A stretch of 64,000 nt of DNA from a virus, in the IMG/VR virus record IMGVR_UViG_3300022925_000008, positions 1-64,000 of that record; one strand, written 5' to 3'. Below, in pieces: positions 28,814 to 37,781 of this stretch. The notes beneath the pieces were generated by a model that saw nothing but the letters and a program-made list of their open reading frames with translations, ran no database searches and was not told where the DNA came from. A program made the position numbers and the translations under genes. The number at the start of each line of letters is the position of its first letter. The first letter of the stretch is position 1.

Positions 28814-29704
28814 TTAGTCTTCTTGCGCCAACTTAGCGAAATAAGACATTGTATCATCTTCGTTTTCATCAGAACTAGCAGAAGCGATCTCGGGGGCTGG
28901 TTTAACCTTCATAGGAGTAGGTTCCTCAGTTTTTGCGAGATCAGGATAATCAGAAGCAACAGATTGACCGAGTACTATATGCAGTCTTGCTTCTAGTTCA
29001 GCATAACTCTTATATCCCGCTGGGTCAGTAAACTCGTTCAGGTCATAAACCTTCCCATAGATTTCTTCCAACTTATCGTCGTCTTCTGATAATGCTTTGG
29101 GAGAACTGAATTCAGACTTATCATAGTTACGATAACCTTCGACGTTTCGGATCTTCAGTTTGAAAGACGCACCTTCCCAAAAGTCGAATGGGTTAATAGG
29201 ATCTTCATCCTGAAATTGTGGTTGCATAACATCCATAATCTTGTCAAAGATTTTCTTACCGAAGATAAACAGTTTTACCTGTCCTTCATTAGATGGGTTT
29301 GCTGCATCTTGCTCAACCAGAACATTTGCAACATAATGCAAACGACGCTTACGTTCGCGAGCAATTTCTTTATCGCGATCATCACCAGAGTTCCATAGTC
29401 TTGAGTTTGCCTCTGATACTGGATCGGATTGACTGATTGAAGTCAAAGACTTCTCAATGTACCATTGTCCGGTTGGACCTTTGAACCCGTGATCCCAGTA
29501 GCGAGCCCATGGGAGTTCATTACCCTCTGCTGCAGGAAGAAAACGAAGAACTGCATAACCATTGCCTGCTTTATCAACAGTAGGTTTCCAGATTCTATCG
29601 TCAACATAAGATTTTTTATCGGATGGTCCGCTATCACCAGCGGCAGCAGATACGAGTTTAGAGATAGCACTTGCGCGATTGCGCTTTAAATTTTCAAAAG
29701 ACAT
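28814..29704 (-). CDS. gp32: Single-stranded DNA-binding protein gp32
   Basis: DDRIWKPTVDKAGNGYAVLRFLPA, HGFKGPTGQWYIE, NPFDFWEGASFKLKI motifs and acidic tail ending YFAKLAQED. Confidence 0.96.
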   Translation of the reverse strand: MSFENLKRNRASAISKLVSAAAGDSGPSDKKSYVDDRIWKPTVDKAGNGYAVLRFLPAAEGNELPWARYWDHGFKGPTGQWYIEKSLTSISQSDPVSEANSRLWNSGDDRDKEIARERKRRLHYVANVLVEQDAANPSNEGQVKLFIFGKKIFDKIMDVMQPQFQDEDPINPFDFWEGASFKLKIRNVEGYRNYDKSEFSSPKALSEDDDKLEEIYGKVYDLNEFTDPAGYKSYAELEARLHIVLGQSVASDYPDLAKTEEPTPMKVKPAPEIASASSDENEDDTMSYFAKLAQED

Positions 29705-29772
29705 ATAGTATTTCCTTGTATTTACAATGTATGGTACTTAGTTTATCCACGTTATTCATAATATAGACATAT

Positions 29773-29801
29773 ATATTACTTCTTTTTTTTATAAAAAACA
29801 A
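29773..29801 (-). promoter_or_regulatory. sigma70-type promoter TTGTTT-17-TAATAT for gp32
   Basis: Exact 17-nt spacing, intergenic. Confidence 0.6.
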
Positions 29802-29805
29802 GCAA

Positions 29806-30039
29806 TCATTCAAACGTCAGGGCATTACCCTTCGGCATGAAATTCAGGTTTTGGGCTTCGACTTCAATCTTGCCCTTTATTGCGGGAGAAATATACTTCT
29901 TAATCTCCTCTATTTCGATATTATTTTTTTCACAAAGATGAACAACAGCATCCATATAAGAAATTCGTTTTTCCAATACAGTAGATTCGACCATTTTTGT
30001 GAATTTGTTTTTTGTCAACATCAATCCATCAAGATTCAT
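29806..30039 (-). CDS. gp33: Late-transcription co-activator gp33
   Basis: 77 aa from MNLDG; FTKMVE..ISYMDAVVHLCEKNNIE..KIEVEAQNLNFM pattern. Confidence 0.85.
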   Translation of the reverse strand: MNLDGLMLTKNKFTKMVESTVLEKRISYMDAVVHLCEKNNIEIEEIKKYISPAIKGKIEVEAQNLNFMPKGNALTFE

Positions 30040-30535
30040 CTTCTTCTTCCCTTCCATAAAAACCAACGTCGGTGTAAAAATGCCCTTTGGTTCTTTTAAT
30101 CTCACCATTACCCTCATAAGCATTTGCTATAACTTTCCAAACAACTTTATGTTCTCTATTCTCTCCATACCAAAAGTCACACCAAGTTCCAGTCGTTAAA
30201 TAACTTTGCATGTTTTTTATGTAAGTTTCTGCTATCTGATATTCTTGGCGCTGATTCTTATCTTTAGAATTTTTCCAGTATTTCATCCCGTTTATCTTTG
30301 CTTTCCAAATCTTAATCCATTCTTTTACCTTATCCGGATGTAAGTAATGGCCTTTATCTAGATTCCGGATATTTTCGGGAAGTGATAAGTTCTTTGCTGG
30401 ACCCCTCGCTTCTCTTGCCTTACGCAATCTCTCGGTCGCTGCAGCGCGTTGCTCTTCACTCATAGGTTTACGCTTGCGTTTAATTTTCGCCCTCTCTATC
30501 TCCCCAGAGGGTTCTTCCCATTTATTGCTCGACAT
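30029..30535 (-). CDS. Conserved T4-like hypothetical protein
   Basis: KRKRKPMSEEQRAAATERLRKAREAR motif. Start uncertain (30535 or 30550). Confidence 0.7.
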   Translation of the reverse strand: MSSNKWEEPSGEIERAKIKRKRKPMSEEQRAAATERLRKAREARGPAKNLSLPENIRNLDKGHYLHPDKVKEWIKIWKAKINGMKYWKNSKDKNQRQEYQIAETYIKNMQSYLTTGTWCDFWYGENREHKVVWKVIANAYEGNGEIKRTKGHFYTDVGFYGREEEDES

Positions 30536-31310
30536 TTCTGTTTTCCTCATTAATATCTACGATGACGTCTAACAGAGGGCTGCGGTTCGTTATGGATCTC
30601 AATGCTGCCATATCCTTCGGCAAACAGTGACCACCATACCCGAACTTGCCGTCTGGTCCAGGAACCTGAGTATGTGAACGTCCTATACGGGGATCAATGG
30701 TAATCGCATCGACCATCTGATCAAAACCCTCAAACCCAATATCATGAAAGATCTTGTACATTTCATTAAAAAAAGTAACCTTAGTAGCAAGAAAACAATT
30801 CTCAACGTACTTGGCGAACGAAGCCTGTTGTAACGAGCAGTATTTAACTCTTTCTAGTTTAGGTAATACCTTACCCAACAACTCGTCCCAAAATCGACAG
30901 TCATCGCCCCCATAAATCGCAAAGGTCTGATTAAGAAACTCTTCACACGGATCTCGATAAACGTTAGAACCACCAAGGAACTCAGGTGAGTATGTAAAAC
31001 TACCAGCACGTACTCCTGCTTCCCAATCTAACCAAACAGGGTCAACGGCTGATTTGATCAGATACTTTGTATTACCATACTTATTAAACACTTCTTCTAC
31101 GTGATCTGTATTGCAAGAGCCATCTTCGCGCATAGGAGTTGCTACACAAACGATAACAGCGTCAACCGGATCAATTTGTACATCGCGGTAATAATTGTAT
31201 CCTTTTGCGGGATCATCGATATACACATCAACTTGATTTGGATCATATCCTTGAAGCGCGTACTCAACAGCAACACCAACTGTTCCAAAACCTGCTATTA
31301 CTATCTTCAT
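30522..31310 (-). CDS. ugd: UDP-glucose/GDP-mannose dehydrogenase family protein (lacks C-terminal domain)
   Basis: GFGTVG Rossmann motif, VCVATP, SPEFL, KYVEN..ATKVTFFNE and catalytic GGHCLPKD. Confidence 0.85.
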   Translation of the reverse strand: MKIVIAGFGTVGVAVEYALQGYDPNQVDVYIDDPAKGYNYYRDVQIDPVDAVIVCVATPMREDGSCNTDHVEEVFNKYGNTKYLIKSAVDPVWLDWEAGVRAGSFTYSPEFLGGSNVYRDPCEEFLNQTFAIYGGDDCRFWDELLGKVLPKLERVKYCSLQQASFAKYVENCFLATKVTFFNEMYKIFHDIGFEGFDQMVDAITIDPRIGRSHTQVPGPDGKFGYGGHCLPKDMAALRSITNRSPLLDVIVDINEENRNVEQ

Positions 31311-31360
31311 ATAATTGGTCTCCTAAATATATAAACTATTCTACTACAAATGGAGTTGAC

Positions 31361-31627
31361 ATGTCAACCACCGATATTTTCGATTTCGGTTTTACTGCCG
31401 TAGACGAACAAGAATTAGATGCTGTTCAGCAAGCAGAACAAACGATTCAGGCAACGTCTGCAGAAGCAAGCTCAGCACAAGAGAGATTAGAAAAATTATT
31501 TAATGCTATCCAACCTCTGCTAACTAATCTAAAAAAGAACCCTGAAAAAGATTATATTTATTGGCCTAATCGATTGTCTAAAGTTGAACAGTTTGAAGAT
31601 TTGATTCAAGGAATATATTCTTCTTGA
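31361..31627 (+). CDS. Conserved T4-like hypothetical protein
   Basis: GGAG RBS, then MSTTDIFDFGFTAVDEQEL..LKKNPEKDYIYWPNR; a CTAAATA late-promoter variant lies at 31323. Confidence 0.75.
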   Translation: MSTTDIFDFGFTAVDEQELDAVQQAEQTIQATSAEASSAQERLEKLFNAIQPLLTNLKKNPEKDYIYWPNRLSKVEQFEDLIQGIYSS

Positions 31628-31929
31628 TAAAGAACATAGTTCTCAGCACAATCTTCTGCCCATTGCAATGAGTGCCCAGAACAGTCGATGGTTCTGACAA
31701 ACTTTGATTGTTCATATAGATCAACAAAGTAACCGTTTTCTGATTTCAACAAAACAGATTCTTTTTTGCCATCGCGCGACCAATGCCTAGATATCTCTTC
31801 TGCGATCTGTACATTTCTTTTATGTTCATATTTTTTCATATTTTTATTTCTAAAGATAAGATCCCATTGTTTGTCGAATTCAGATTGAGAGACTGATAAT
31901 GGTCTAGGTTTGCTTCCTTTGCCTGTCAT
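31606..31929 (-). CDS. Hypothetical phage protein
   Basis: GGAG RBS; KGSKPRPLSVSQSEFDKQWDLIF and HSLQWAEDCAENYVL motifs. Confidence 0.65.
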   Translation of the reverse strand: MTGKGSKPRPLSVSQSEFDKQWDLIFRNKNMKKYEHKRNVQIAEEISRHWSRDGKKESVLLKSENGYFVDLYEQSKFVRTIDCSGHSLQWAEDCAENYVLYQEEYIP

Positions 31930-31931
31930 AT

Positions 31932-32546
31932 TTACTCCAGTATTAATCCGTAATCTTGCCCTATAACACCCATTGTTTGATCCTTTTCTCTGGTGATAAA
32001 CTCATTCCACCATTGAGGGGTTTCTCTTTTTTTCCACTTTGCAATATCCTGTTTTGCAATCCAATAGTAGTTACGATAAGAAGCGATAGAGTTTTTTTCT
32101 ACGATACATTGGGGGTAATGTTGCATAGCAGGAATTGGTTGAGTGAATGGACCATCAAACATATCAGTAGGAGGAAATAAAAGATAATCAGACAGTTTTC
32201 TAATGGATTCATGCACTTTCCCATAGCGATAAGTATATTCATCACCCAACGCTATCCACATATCATATAGCCACTGATAATTCTTTATAGAATCTCGAAC
32301 CCAAATGGCAGATGGGTGGTTTATATGAGAAGCTTTATAGAGAACAGAATTCATTTCACCATTTTTTAGAAAGTACCGTTTAATAGATCTTCCATTTGCG
32401 GTTTTGCCCATCCACATAGTACCATCAATAACTCTATGCGCTGTAGAAAGTAACTGCGCGTATTCAATATTCATCTTGACAACATGTTTGTCACAATGCA
32501 TTTGCGCGCAAATAACAGGGTCTTTGTGCAAATAAAAGATATTCAA
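31932..32546 (-). CDS. denV: Pyrimidine-dimer DNA glycosylase (DenV / Pyr_excise family)
   Basis: MNIFYL..HCDKHVVKMNIEYAQLLSTAHR and HINHPSAIW motifs. Confidence 0.85.
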   Translation of the reverse strand: MNIFYLHKDPVICAQMHCDKHVVKMNIEYAQLLSTAHRVIDGTMWMGKTANGRSIKRYFLKNGEMNSVLYKASHINHPSAIWVRDSIKNYQWLYDMWIALGDEYTYRYGKVHESIRKLSDYLLFPPTDMFDGPFTQPIPAMQHYPQCIVEKNSIASYRNYYWIAKQDIAKWKKRETPQWWNEFITREKDQTMGVIGQDYGLILE

Positions 32547-33223
32547 CTTTGAATTTCCTCAACAGCTGCCGTTACATCTGGAAAGTGTGTTTCAAGGATT
32601 TCCCAAGCGGTCTTTGCTACGTCCATGTGTTCTTTCTGAGTACCATGGCCCATCCTAAGATCACAATAGTGGATCCACGAGCGAAGAGTGCCGGACATGT
32701 ACAACGTAGTCTCGGTCAATCCCTCGGGCAGTAATGCTCGAGCTTGCTCTTTTGCAATGCCAGTGTTTAGTGCCATTTCATAGTAATCTTTGGCGACTCT
32801 AGATACTTCGGCTTGCATCTCGCGGAAGACTTCTTGTGCTTTTTTCTGGCGTTCTGCATCATCATCTATTAGACTTAACTGACGATTAGTGGGATGTTGT
32901 TTGCGCGCCTCTCGGTTTGTTACAAACGATTCAGAAACCGCATATCGTTGACTAAATTCTTGAAACGAGAACGAACGATGTCGTAGAATCTGCCTAGAGA
33001 TATCACGCGTCGTAGTAATTTCCATTGTAACACTGACCATCTCAAACGGAGACCAGTGCCCCTCTTTGATCAGATAACTAAGGAGTTTTTTAGCAGTTTT
33101 GGTATTATTCTGATTGGCGGGATTACTTACACGCGCTGCGTACGCTATCAACTCAGCGGCATTTTTACATCCAGTAATTGCGCTAGGGGTTGTTATACCT
33201 ACTAAACTAACTTTTGTTGTCAT
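32543..33223 (-). CDS. thyX: Flavin-dependent thymidylate synthase
   Basis: HWSPFE, RQILRHRSFSFQEFSQRY and AKEQARALLP motifs; likely start MTTKV at 33223. Confidence 0.96.
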   Translation of the reverse strand: MTTKVSLVGITTPSAITGCKNAAELIAYAARVSNPANQNNTKTAKKLLSYLIKEGHWSPFEMVSVTMEITTTRDISRQILRHRSFSFQEFSQRYAVSESFVTNREARKQHPTNRQLSLIDDDAERQKKAQEVFREMQAEVSRVAKDYYEMALNTGIAKEQARALLPEGLTETTLYMSGTLRSWIHYCDLRMGHGTQKEHMDVAKTAWEILETHFPDVTAAVEEIQS

Positions 33224-33398
33224 ACTTTCCATCCTCATATTCGCCAGGAACACTATAGTATGCAATCACACGATGTAATGCATTTACTAAATTTGTATCT
33301 GGATATCGTGTATCTTCATTTATATCTAGATCTTCTTTAAGGTGTTCAATTACAAATTGATCAAGTGCTTCGCCTTTAATCATTTCTCTTAAACGCAT
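33207..33398 (-). CDS. Small hypothetical protein
   Basis: ORF directly downstream of a sigma70-type promoter; start uncertain. Confidence 0.5.
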   Translation of the reverse strand: MRLREMIKGEALDQFVIEHLKEDLDINEDTRYPDTNLVNALHRVIAYYSVPGEYEDGKYDNKS

Positions 33399-33404
33399 AA
33401 TATT

Positions 33405-33433
33405 ATTATACCTCAATTAAATATTTAAAACAA
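33405..33433 (-). promoter_or_regulatory. sigma70-type promoter TTGTTT-17-TATAAT
   Basis: Exact spacing; intergenic between the tRNAs and the thyX unit. Confidence 0.7.
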
Positions 33434-33435
33434 GT

Positions 33436-33519
33436 TGGTGGAGGGGGCTGGATTCGAACCAGCGTAGCTCTCGCGTCAGATTTACAGTCTGATGGTTTTA
33501 ACCACTCACCCACCCCTCC
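33436..33519 (-). tRNA. trnY: tRNA-Tyr (GTA), CCA encoded
   Basis: GGAGGGG/CCCCTCC acceptor stem, TCAGA-CTGTAAA-TCTGA anticodon arm, long variable arm, GGTTCGAATCC. Confidence 0.96.
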
Positions 33520-33523
33520 GAAT

Positions 33524-33599
33524 TGGCTCCCTGTCGTGGGCTCGAACCACGGACCCAATGATTAACAGTCATTTGCTCTACCAACTGAGCTAACAGGGA
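33524..33599 (-). tRNA. trnN: tRNA-Asn (GTT), CCA encoded
   Basis: TCCCTGT/ACAGGGA acceptor stem, AATGA-CTGTTAA-TCATT anticodon arm, GGTTCGAGCCC. Confidence 0.96.
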
Positions 33600-33615
33600 A
33601 TAGTGCGGCAAGTTA

Positions 33616-34293
33616 TTAAACAATAAACATCTTATCGTGTCCGACTTTGCAAGATGGATCAACCCAAATATCTATTCCGGCCATAATAGCGTCGCGACAG
33701 AAAGCAACGTCTTCAGAACACATTTCTGTGATATCATCAGAAATTTTAATTGCTTTAGGAGCGAACCATGGATATTCCATTTTTTCAAAGACACCTTTCT
33801 TGATCAAGACCCACCCAAAACCGATGTAGTCTGCCACAAAAGGCTCTTCTTTTTCTTTAATTTGATTAGAAGAAAGGAATTGGTAAGAACCGTGCTCTAG
33901 GAAGAATGATTCAGACATTACTTCTACAACGGGGGTCATTCTACTTCCATCTGTCATTGTAAAGGGTTGACAGTACCACCCAGAAGCAATATCTTTGTCC
34001 ATATCTACAAGTTTCTGAAAAGCATTATTATCAAAAACTTGATCTGAATCAATCCAAAGCATATAGTCATAATCCATACCACCAAAGGGTAATTGATTAC
34101 GTCCCCTCAACGTGGAAGCGCCAGCGACTTTACATCGAGCAAAATTCACCATAGGCGAGTAATGCTGAGATATCAGAGCTCTCCCTTTTTGAGATTGAAT
34201 GTAAGCGACCAATTCGACAATTGATGTAATAAATTTGCCAGAGTATGTTTTTCCTGGAAGACAAATTACAATTGTTTTGTCTTTAATAATCAT
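33616..34293 (-). CDS. GT-A fold glycosyltransferase-like protein
   Basis: VNFARCK, DYDYMLWIDSD (DxD), YIGFGWVLIKKGVFE and SEDVAFC motifs. Confidence 0.75.
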   Translation of the reverse strand: MIIKDKTIVICLPGKTYSGKFITSIVELVAYIQSQKGRALISQHYSPMVNFARCKVAGASTLRGRNQLPFGGMDYDYMLWIDSDQVFDNNAFQKLVDMDKDIASGWYCQPFTMTDGSRMTPVVEVMSESFFLEHGSYQFLSSNQIKEKEEPFVADYIGFGWVLIKKGVFEKMEYPWFAPKAIKISDDITEMCSEDVAFCRDAIMAGIDIWVDPSCKVGHDKMFIV

Positions 34294-34337
34294 ATTTTAT
34301 CTCACTTTAACAATGTGGTTAATTATATATTGAATCT

Positions 34338-34475
34338 TTATAAGGACAATGTCGCAATAATAACTATTGCCAAAACTAATGAAAATGTTGCAATACTATG
34401 CACAGTATTCATAAAATTATTTTCAAAATCAGAAGTTCTGGCGACCCACCCATTTCTGTTTTTTCTTCTTTCCAT
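34338..34475 (-). CDS. Small membrane protein (45 aa)
   Basis: AAGGA RBS, MERRKNRN.., C-terminal hydrophobic helix. Confidence 0.45.
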   Translation of the reverse strand: MERRKNRNGWVARTSDFENNFMNTVHSIATFSLVLAIVIIATLSL

Positions 34476-34486
34476 AAACGAAATCC

Positions 34487-34636
34487 TTAGATAAAATGAC
34501 TTAAAAAAATTGTTCCTAAAGCGATAGCAAAACAAAGAATAGACCCGACGATCGTTTCGATTTCAGACTCGTAATAGACGATTGGTTCTTTCTTGACAGG
34601 TTTTTTATACACACATCCGACTCCGTTACCGACCAT
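34487..34636 (-). CDS. Small membrane protein (49 aa)
   Basis: GAGGA RBS, MVGNGVGC.., C-terminal TM helix. Confidence 0.5.
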   Translation of the reverse strand: MVGNGVGCVYKKPVKKEPIVYYESEIETIVGSILCFAIALGTIFLSHFI

Positions 34637-34637
34637 A

Positions 34638-35012
34638 TTAGAATATCCTCCCAAAATCAATGTTAGACCAACCTTCACTATCACACATCCATGCAGTACC
34701 ACACTTCTCGTTGACAATGATATCACCCACAGAAACCGAATGCATTCGAGTGAATTTCTGGATGCAAGACCCTTCAGGACCATATCCATTACCAACATGA
34801 AACACATCTTCGAGGGTATCAACACCCGTCACACGAGCAACTGATGAGAAATGCTCTTCCATCCAAGGTTCATAGTTTTCTGAACCGCTGAACTTGACAT
34901 CACGTTGGATTGCGATCTCGGGAAAGTCACCGAAGTCGCCGCCCCAACCAACCTTATTCAAGTGGTCTGAAGCTTCGTTGCTGAGGTGAAACTGGTGGAT
35001 TAAGTAAGACAT
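34638..35012 (-). CDS. Early hypothetical protein (YodL-like motif)
   Basis: LEDVFHVGN..MHSVSVGDIIV motif; strong RBS and upstream promoter. Confidence 0.65.
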   Translation of the reverse strand: MSYLIHQFHLSNEASDHLNKVGWGGDFGDFPEIAIQRDVKFSGSENYEPWMEEHFSSVARVTGVDTLEDVFHVGNGYGPEGSCIQKFTRMHSVSVGDIIVNEKCGTAWMCDSEGWSNIDFGRIF

Positions 35013-35038
35013 ATTCTTTCCTTTTTGCTTATGTAATT

Positions 35039-35067
35039 ATTATACCGCGCTTTTTGCTAAAAAGAAA
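35039..35067 (-). promoter_or_regulatory. sigma70-type early promoter TTTCTT-17-TATAAT
   Basis: Perfect -10, 17-nt spacer, intergenic. Confidence 0.6.
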
Positions 35068-35090
35068 CCTATGCTAAGTTGTTGATATCA

Positions 35091-35777
35091 TTACATTTTT
35101 GACGTTTTGTAGAGTTCGATAGTGTTGAGGAGTTTTTCCGACCAGTTGTCTCTGTGCTCGACAAAGACCTGCGCGGGTTCATTATCCACAGCAATTATGG
35201 TAACGAGTTGGGTAATAGGAACTCCGGTTCTCTCTTCCCACATGATGGCATATGCGGCTTCTTGTTGGAAGTAATTCTCGATATATTTTCGCAGTTTGGG
35301 TTTTCTGCTCGTTTTGTAATCGATGATTGATATTTTCCCATCAAACTCAGCAACGCAATCAACACGACCAGCAACCCCAAGATGGTCGCTGTATAGGGGA
35401 AGTTCTTGACCATATACCTTTCCAATTCGTTCGTCTAATATATCCTTTACGGTAAGAAAATTACTCACAATGTTCGGCATATACCCAGAAAGATAATTGG
35501 GGTCGTTGTTTACATATTTTTCAATAAGTTCATGAACTGCGGTGCCCCGTGTTGCCGCCCGATAAGAAATTTTATTCGCTTCTTCCTCGCCAATTCTTTT
35601 CTTCCAGGCGTTGATCGAGTCTTCGGACAAAACGCTGAGAACAGTTGTAATTGAAGGATAGTTGTTTTCTGGCGTCACATAATAACGCTTGCCATCAATT
35701 TGTGTTACTGATAGATCTTCATACCCCAAATCAACTGTACTATGTTCAAACAAGTCCCTTTCTCTTTTTTGATTCAT
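35091..35777 (-). CDS. PD-(D/E)XK exonuclease (phage exonuclease / Cas4-like superfamily)
   Basis: YPSITTVLS, RGTAVHELIE, AGRVDC, IIDYKTS and YFQQEAAYA motifs. Confidence 0.88.
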   Translation of the reverse strand: MNQKRERDLFEHSTVDLGYEDLSVTQIDGKRYYVTPENNYPSITTVLSVLSEDSINAWKKRIGEEEANKISYRAATRGTAVHELIEKYVNNDPNYLSGYMPNIVSNFLTVKDILDERIGKVYGQELPLYSDHLGVAGRVDCVAEFDGKISIIDYKTSRKPKLRKYIENYFQQEAAYAIMWEERTGVPITQLVTIIAVDNEPAQVFVEHRDNWSEKLLNTIELYKTSKM

Positions 35778-36498
35778 ATTCTCTTCTTTGCTTTCGGTTT
35801 AATTTTTTTAAAATTTCTTCTTCTTTTTCAAGTTTTTTCTTTTCTTGGATAATCGTTTTCTTACTTTTATAAACAACGAACTCCATATTTTTCTGCTTGG
35901 GAATCTTAATGTCGTCATGATTATGATGAAAAACAAATTTTGTATTAGGGAATTCAGCAAACATGTTATGCCAAATGGGTCGCCAATTGCTAATCAATCT
36001 AAAGTTGTTAGTGTCTGTACGGTCACTGTACAAATACAAATCAGTGACTGATCTCATATTAAACTCAAACAAAGTGTCGAACCCATACATGTGAACTTCG
36101 GTCGCTTTGTGACGATTGCAGGCGTAGTGTACCGCCATGTGTCCGCAATTAAAATTAGTTGCTGCTTGGGGGCTTCCAGGTTCGCCACAGTAATCTGGAA
36201 CAATTAGATTAAATTCTTTTATCAGGGGGGCATATTTTAAATAGAAAGAAGATTGACTAGGGTCTTCCATCCAAATTTTCGGACGAGTGCCTAATACCCA
36301 CGGGTACATATCTAAGTTGACATGTCCTTCGCTAAGTGATTTCATCATCTTGAAATCTACCATACAGGTTGCATAAACTTCATCGCGAGGAATTGCGAAT
36401 GGAGGCATATTGCACAAAAGTTTCATGCCTGTACGTTTTTCGCTCATATAGTGAACTGACTGGTCGCCATTTCCAATTACATGGACTACTCTATTCAT
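35746..36498 (-). CDS. Hypothetical protein, possible glycosyltransferase-like Rossmann fold
   Basis: VHVIGNG and NCGHMAVHYA..VHMYGFD pattern, reminiscent of sialyltransferase/MptE-like folds; first gene of the glycan island. Confidence 0.5.
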   Translation of the reverse strand: MNRVVHVIGNGDQSVHYMSEKRTGMKLLCNMPPFAIPRDEVYATCMVDFKMMKSLSEGHVNLDMYPWVLGTRPKIWMEDPSQSSFYLKYAPLIKEFNLIVPDYCGEPGSPQAATNFNCGHMAVHYACNRHKATEVHMYGFDTLFEFNMRSVTDLYLYSDRTDTNNFRLISNWRPIWHNMFAEFPNTKFVFHHNHDDIKIPKQKNMEFVVYKSKKTIIQEKKKLEKEEEILKKLNRKQRREYESKKRKGLV

Positions 36499-37150
36499 TA
36501 TAAATTATCTTCCTTATTTTATCTTTTCCTTTCTGCCCCGTCCAATGCATTGCCAGTTTTTTACTACTATCCATTCCATCAAGAAGTTGTATTCTCATCC
36601 AATTGTATTTGTTAGGAAGGTCAGTAATGTGCTGCAATCTCATCAATGGACTTATACTTAGTATCTCATGAAGAACCTCTTGGTCGCCCACCTTGGGCGA
36701 TACACTACATTGCTCGACCCATTTCTTCAGCATGGGGGGTTTTCCTCTAAATGCAACTACACCAGAATTGTGCCACTTCTCGCCTCTTCTTTTAGACCAA
36801 GGTTTGTCTTCTACCATTGCGATTTTATTATCTTCGAGATGATCAAATACTCCACTCATATCACCAAGGATTTCTATGTCTGTGTCAACCCAGCAAGTTT
36901 CTTTTCCAGGAGATAGCATGAAGGTTTTGGGTTTAAGAAACCATCCATTTACTCTTTGCTTTGGAACATCGATTATATCGTCAAATCCGCTTATCTGATA
37001 CACCCATGTTTTAACTTCTTTACTAACACCAAAGTCTGCAAATATAATTGGTGTGTTGTTGTGTTTCTTATAGTTTTTGATAAACCACTCTAGCATCCAT
37101 TCGGTGTTAGAGTCACAACCTGTGATAAAACATCTATCGTAAGATTTCAT
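36491..37150 (-). CDS. Nucleotide-diphospho-sugar transferase (GT8/GT77-like)
   Basis: WFLKP, WVDTD (DxD), NSGVV, GDQEVL and MHWTG motifs. Confidence 0.75.
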   Translation of the reverse strand: MKSYDRCFITGCDSNTEWMLEWFIKNYKKHNNTPIIFADFGVSKEVKTWVYQISGFDDIIDVPKQRVNGWFLKPKTFMLSPGKETCWVDTDIEILGDMSGVFDHLEDNKIAMVEDKPWSKRRGEKWHNSGVVAFRGKPPMLKKWVEQCSVSPKVGDQEVLHEILSISPLMRLQHITDLPNKYNWMRIQLLDGMDSSKKLAMHWTGQKGKDKIRKIIYNE

Positions 37151-37781
37151 ATTTCTTTCCTCCCCGCCAATTGTGTTTGGCGAGGCAACCTTCCTCTTTC
37201 TGTATTGTAGTGAAACTATCTTTTGCTACAACCGGCCAAGGGTAGTATTCTTCAAGGAAAGGAAACCTATCGTTGTGTAAAAATATATCTGTTGGTCCGG
37301 CATCTATCTTCGCTTGTTGTATCAAGGCGAGAGCAGCACCAGGCTTTACGCGATATGCATGCGCACCAGGAAAGTATTGCTTAGAAACTAGATCAACAGG
37401 TCCAAGCCCTTCAGGATATTTAAACCTGCCATAACTGGGTTGCCCCAAAGAAATACACCCTTTGTGGTTAATGAATTCGGGAAGATGACTCACTGCCACA
37501 GCGTCATGCTCAAATATTTGCAATTCCTGTTTTTTAGAGACGCTAAGTTTCCAAAGAGTATAATGAGATAAGAACGCCGACATGCAAGACTCAAGGTAAG
37601 AATATTTCTCGAAAAAGTTCTCTATAGGCAAACCCTCCTCTTTAAACAACTCGTGTGGTTTGTCTTTGGGGGTTATGGCAGGAAACATAGTGGTGCCAAA
37701 TTCTTTGGTTGATCTAATACATCTTTCTGCCGAAGCAACGGAACGTGGATTGTCCATTATAGTTATAACAAATGATTTCAT
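37134..37781 (-). CDS. Glycosyltransferase family 25-like
   Basis: Start MKSFVITI; SAFLSHYTLW..IFEHDA and GAHAYRV motifs. Confidence 0.8.
   Translation of the reverse strand: MKSFVITIMDNPRSVASAERCIRSTKEFGTTMFPAITPKDKPHELFKEEGLPIENFFEKYSYLESCMSAFLSHYTLWKLSVSKKQELQIFEHDAVAVSHLPEFINHKGCISLGQPSYGRFKYPEGLGPVDLVSKQYFPGAHAYRVKPGAALALIQQAKIDAGPTDIFLHNDRFPFLEEYYPWPVVAKDSFTTIQKEEGCLAKHNWRGGKKYEILR

Noticed and set aside
28755-28850. Hammerhead ribozyme (CTGATGA at about 28760 and CTGACGA at about 28799, plus strand)
   Set aside because: The first has no GAAA after its stem. The second has only about 2 bp of stem II and runs antisense into gp32 coding sequence.
28619-28996. 125-aa plus-strand ORF from the track
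   Set aside because: It starts inside a terminator, has no RBS and overlaps gp32 antisense.
31606-31929. Fusion of two small genes or stop read-through
   Set aside because: There is no internal stop or RBS. It cannot be distinguished from an ordinary ORF without homologue alignment.
35091-35777. Exonuclease as evidence of a CRISPR-Cas system (Cas4)
   Set aside because: It lacks the four-Cys Fe-S motif, no array or other cas genes are present, and it is a common T4-like exonuclease.
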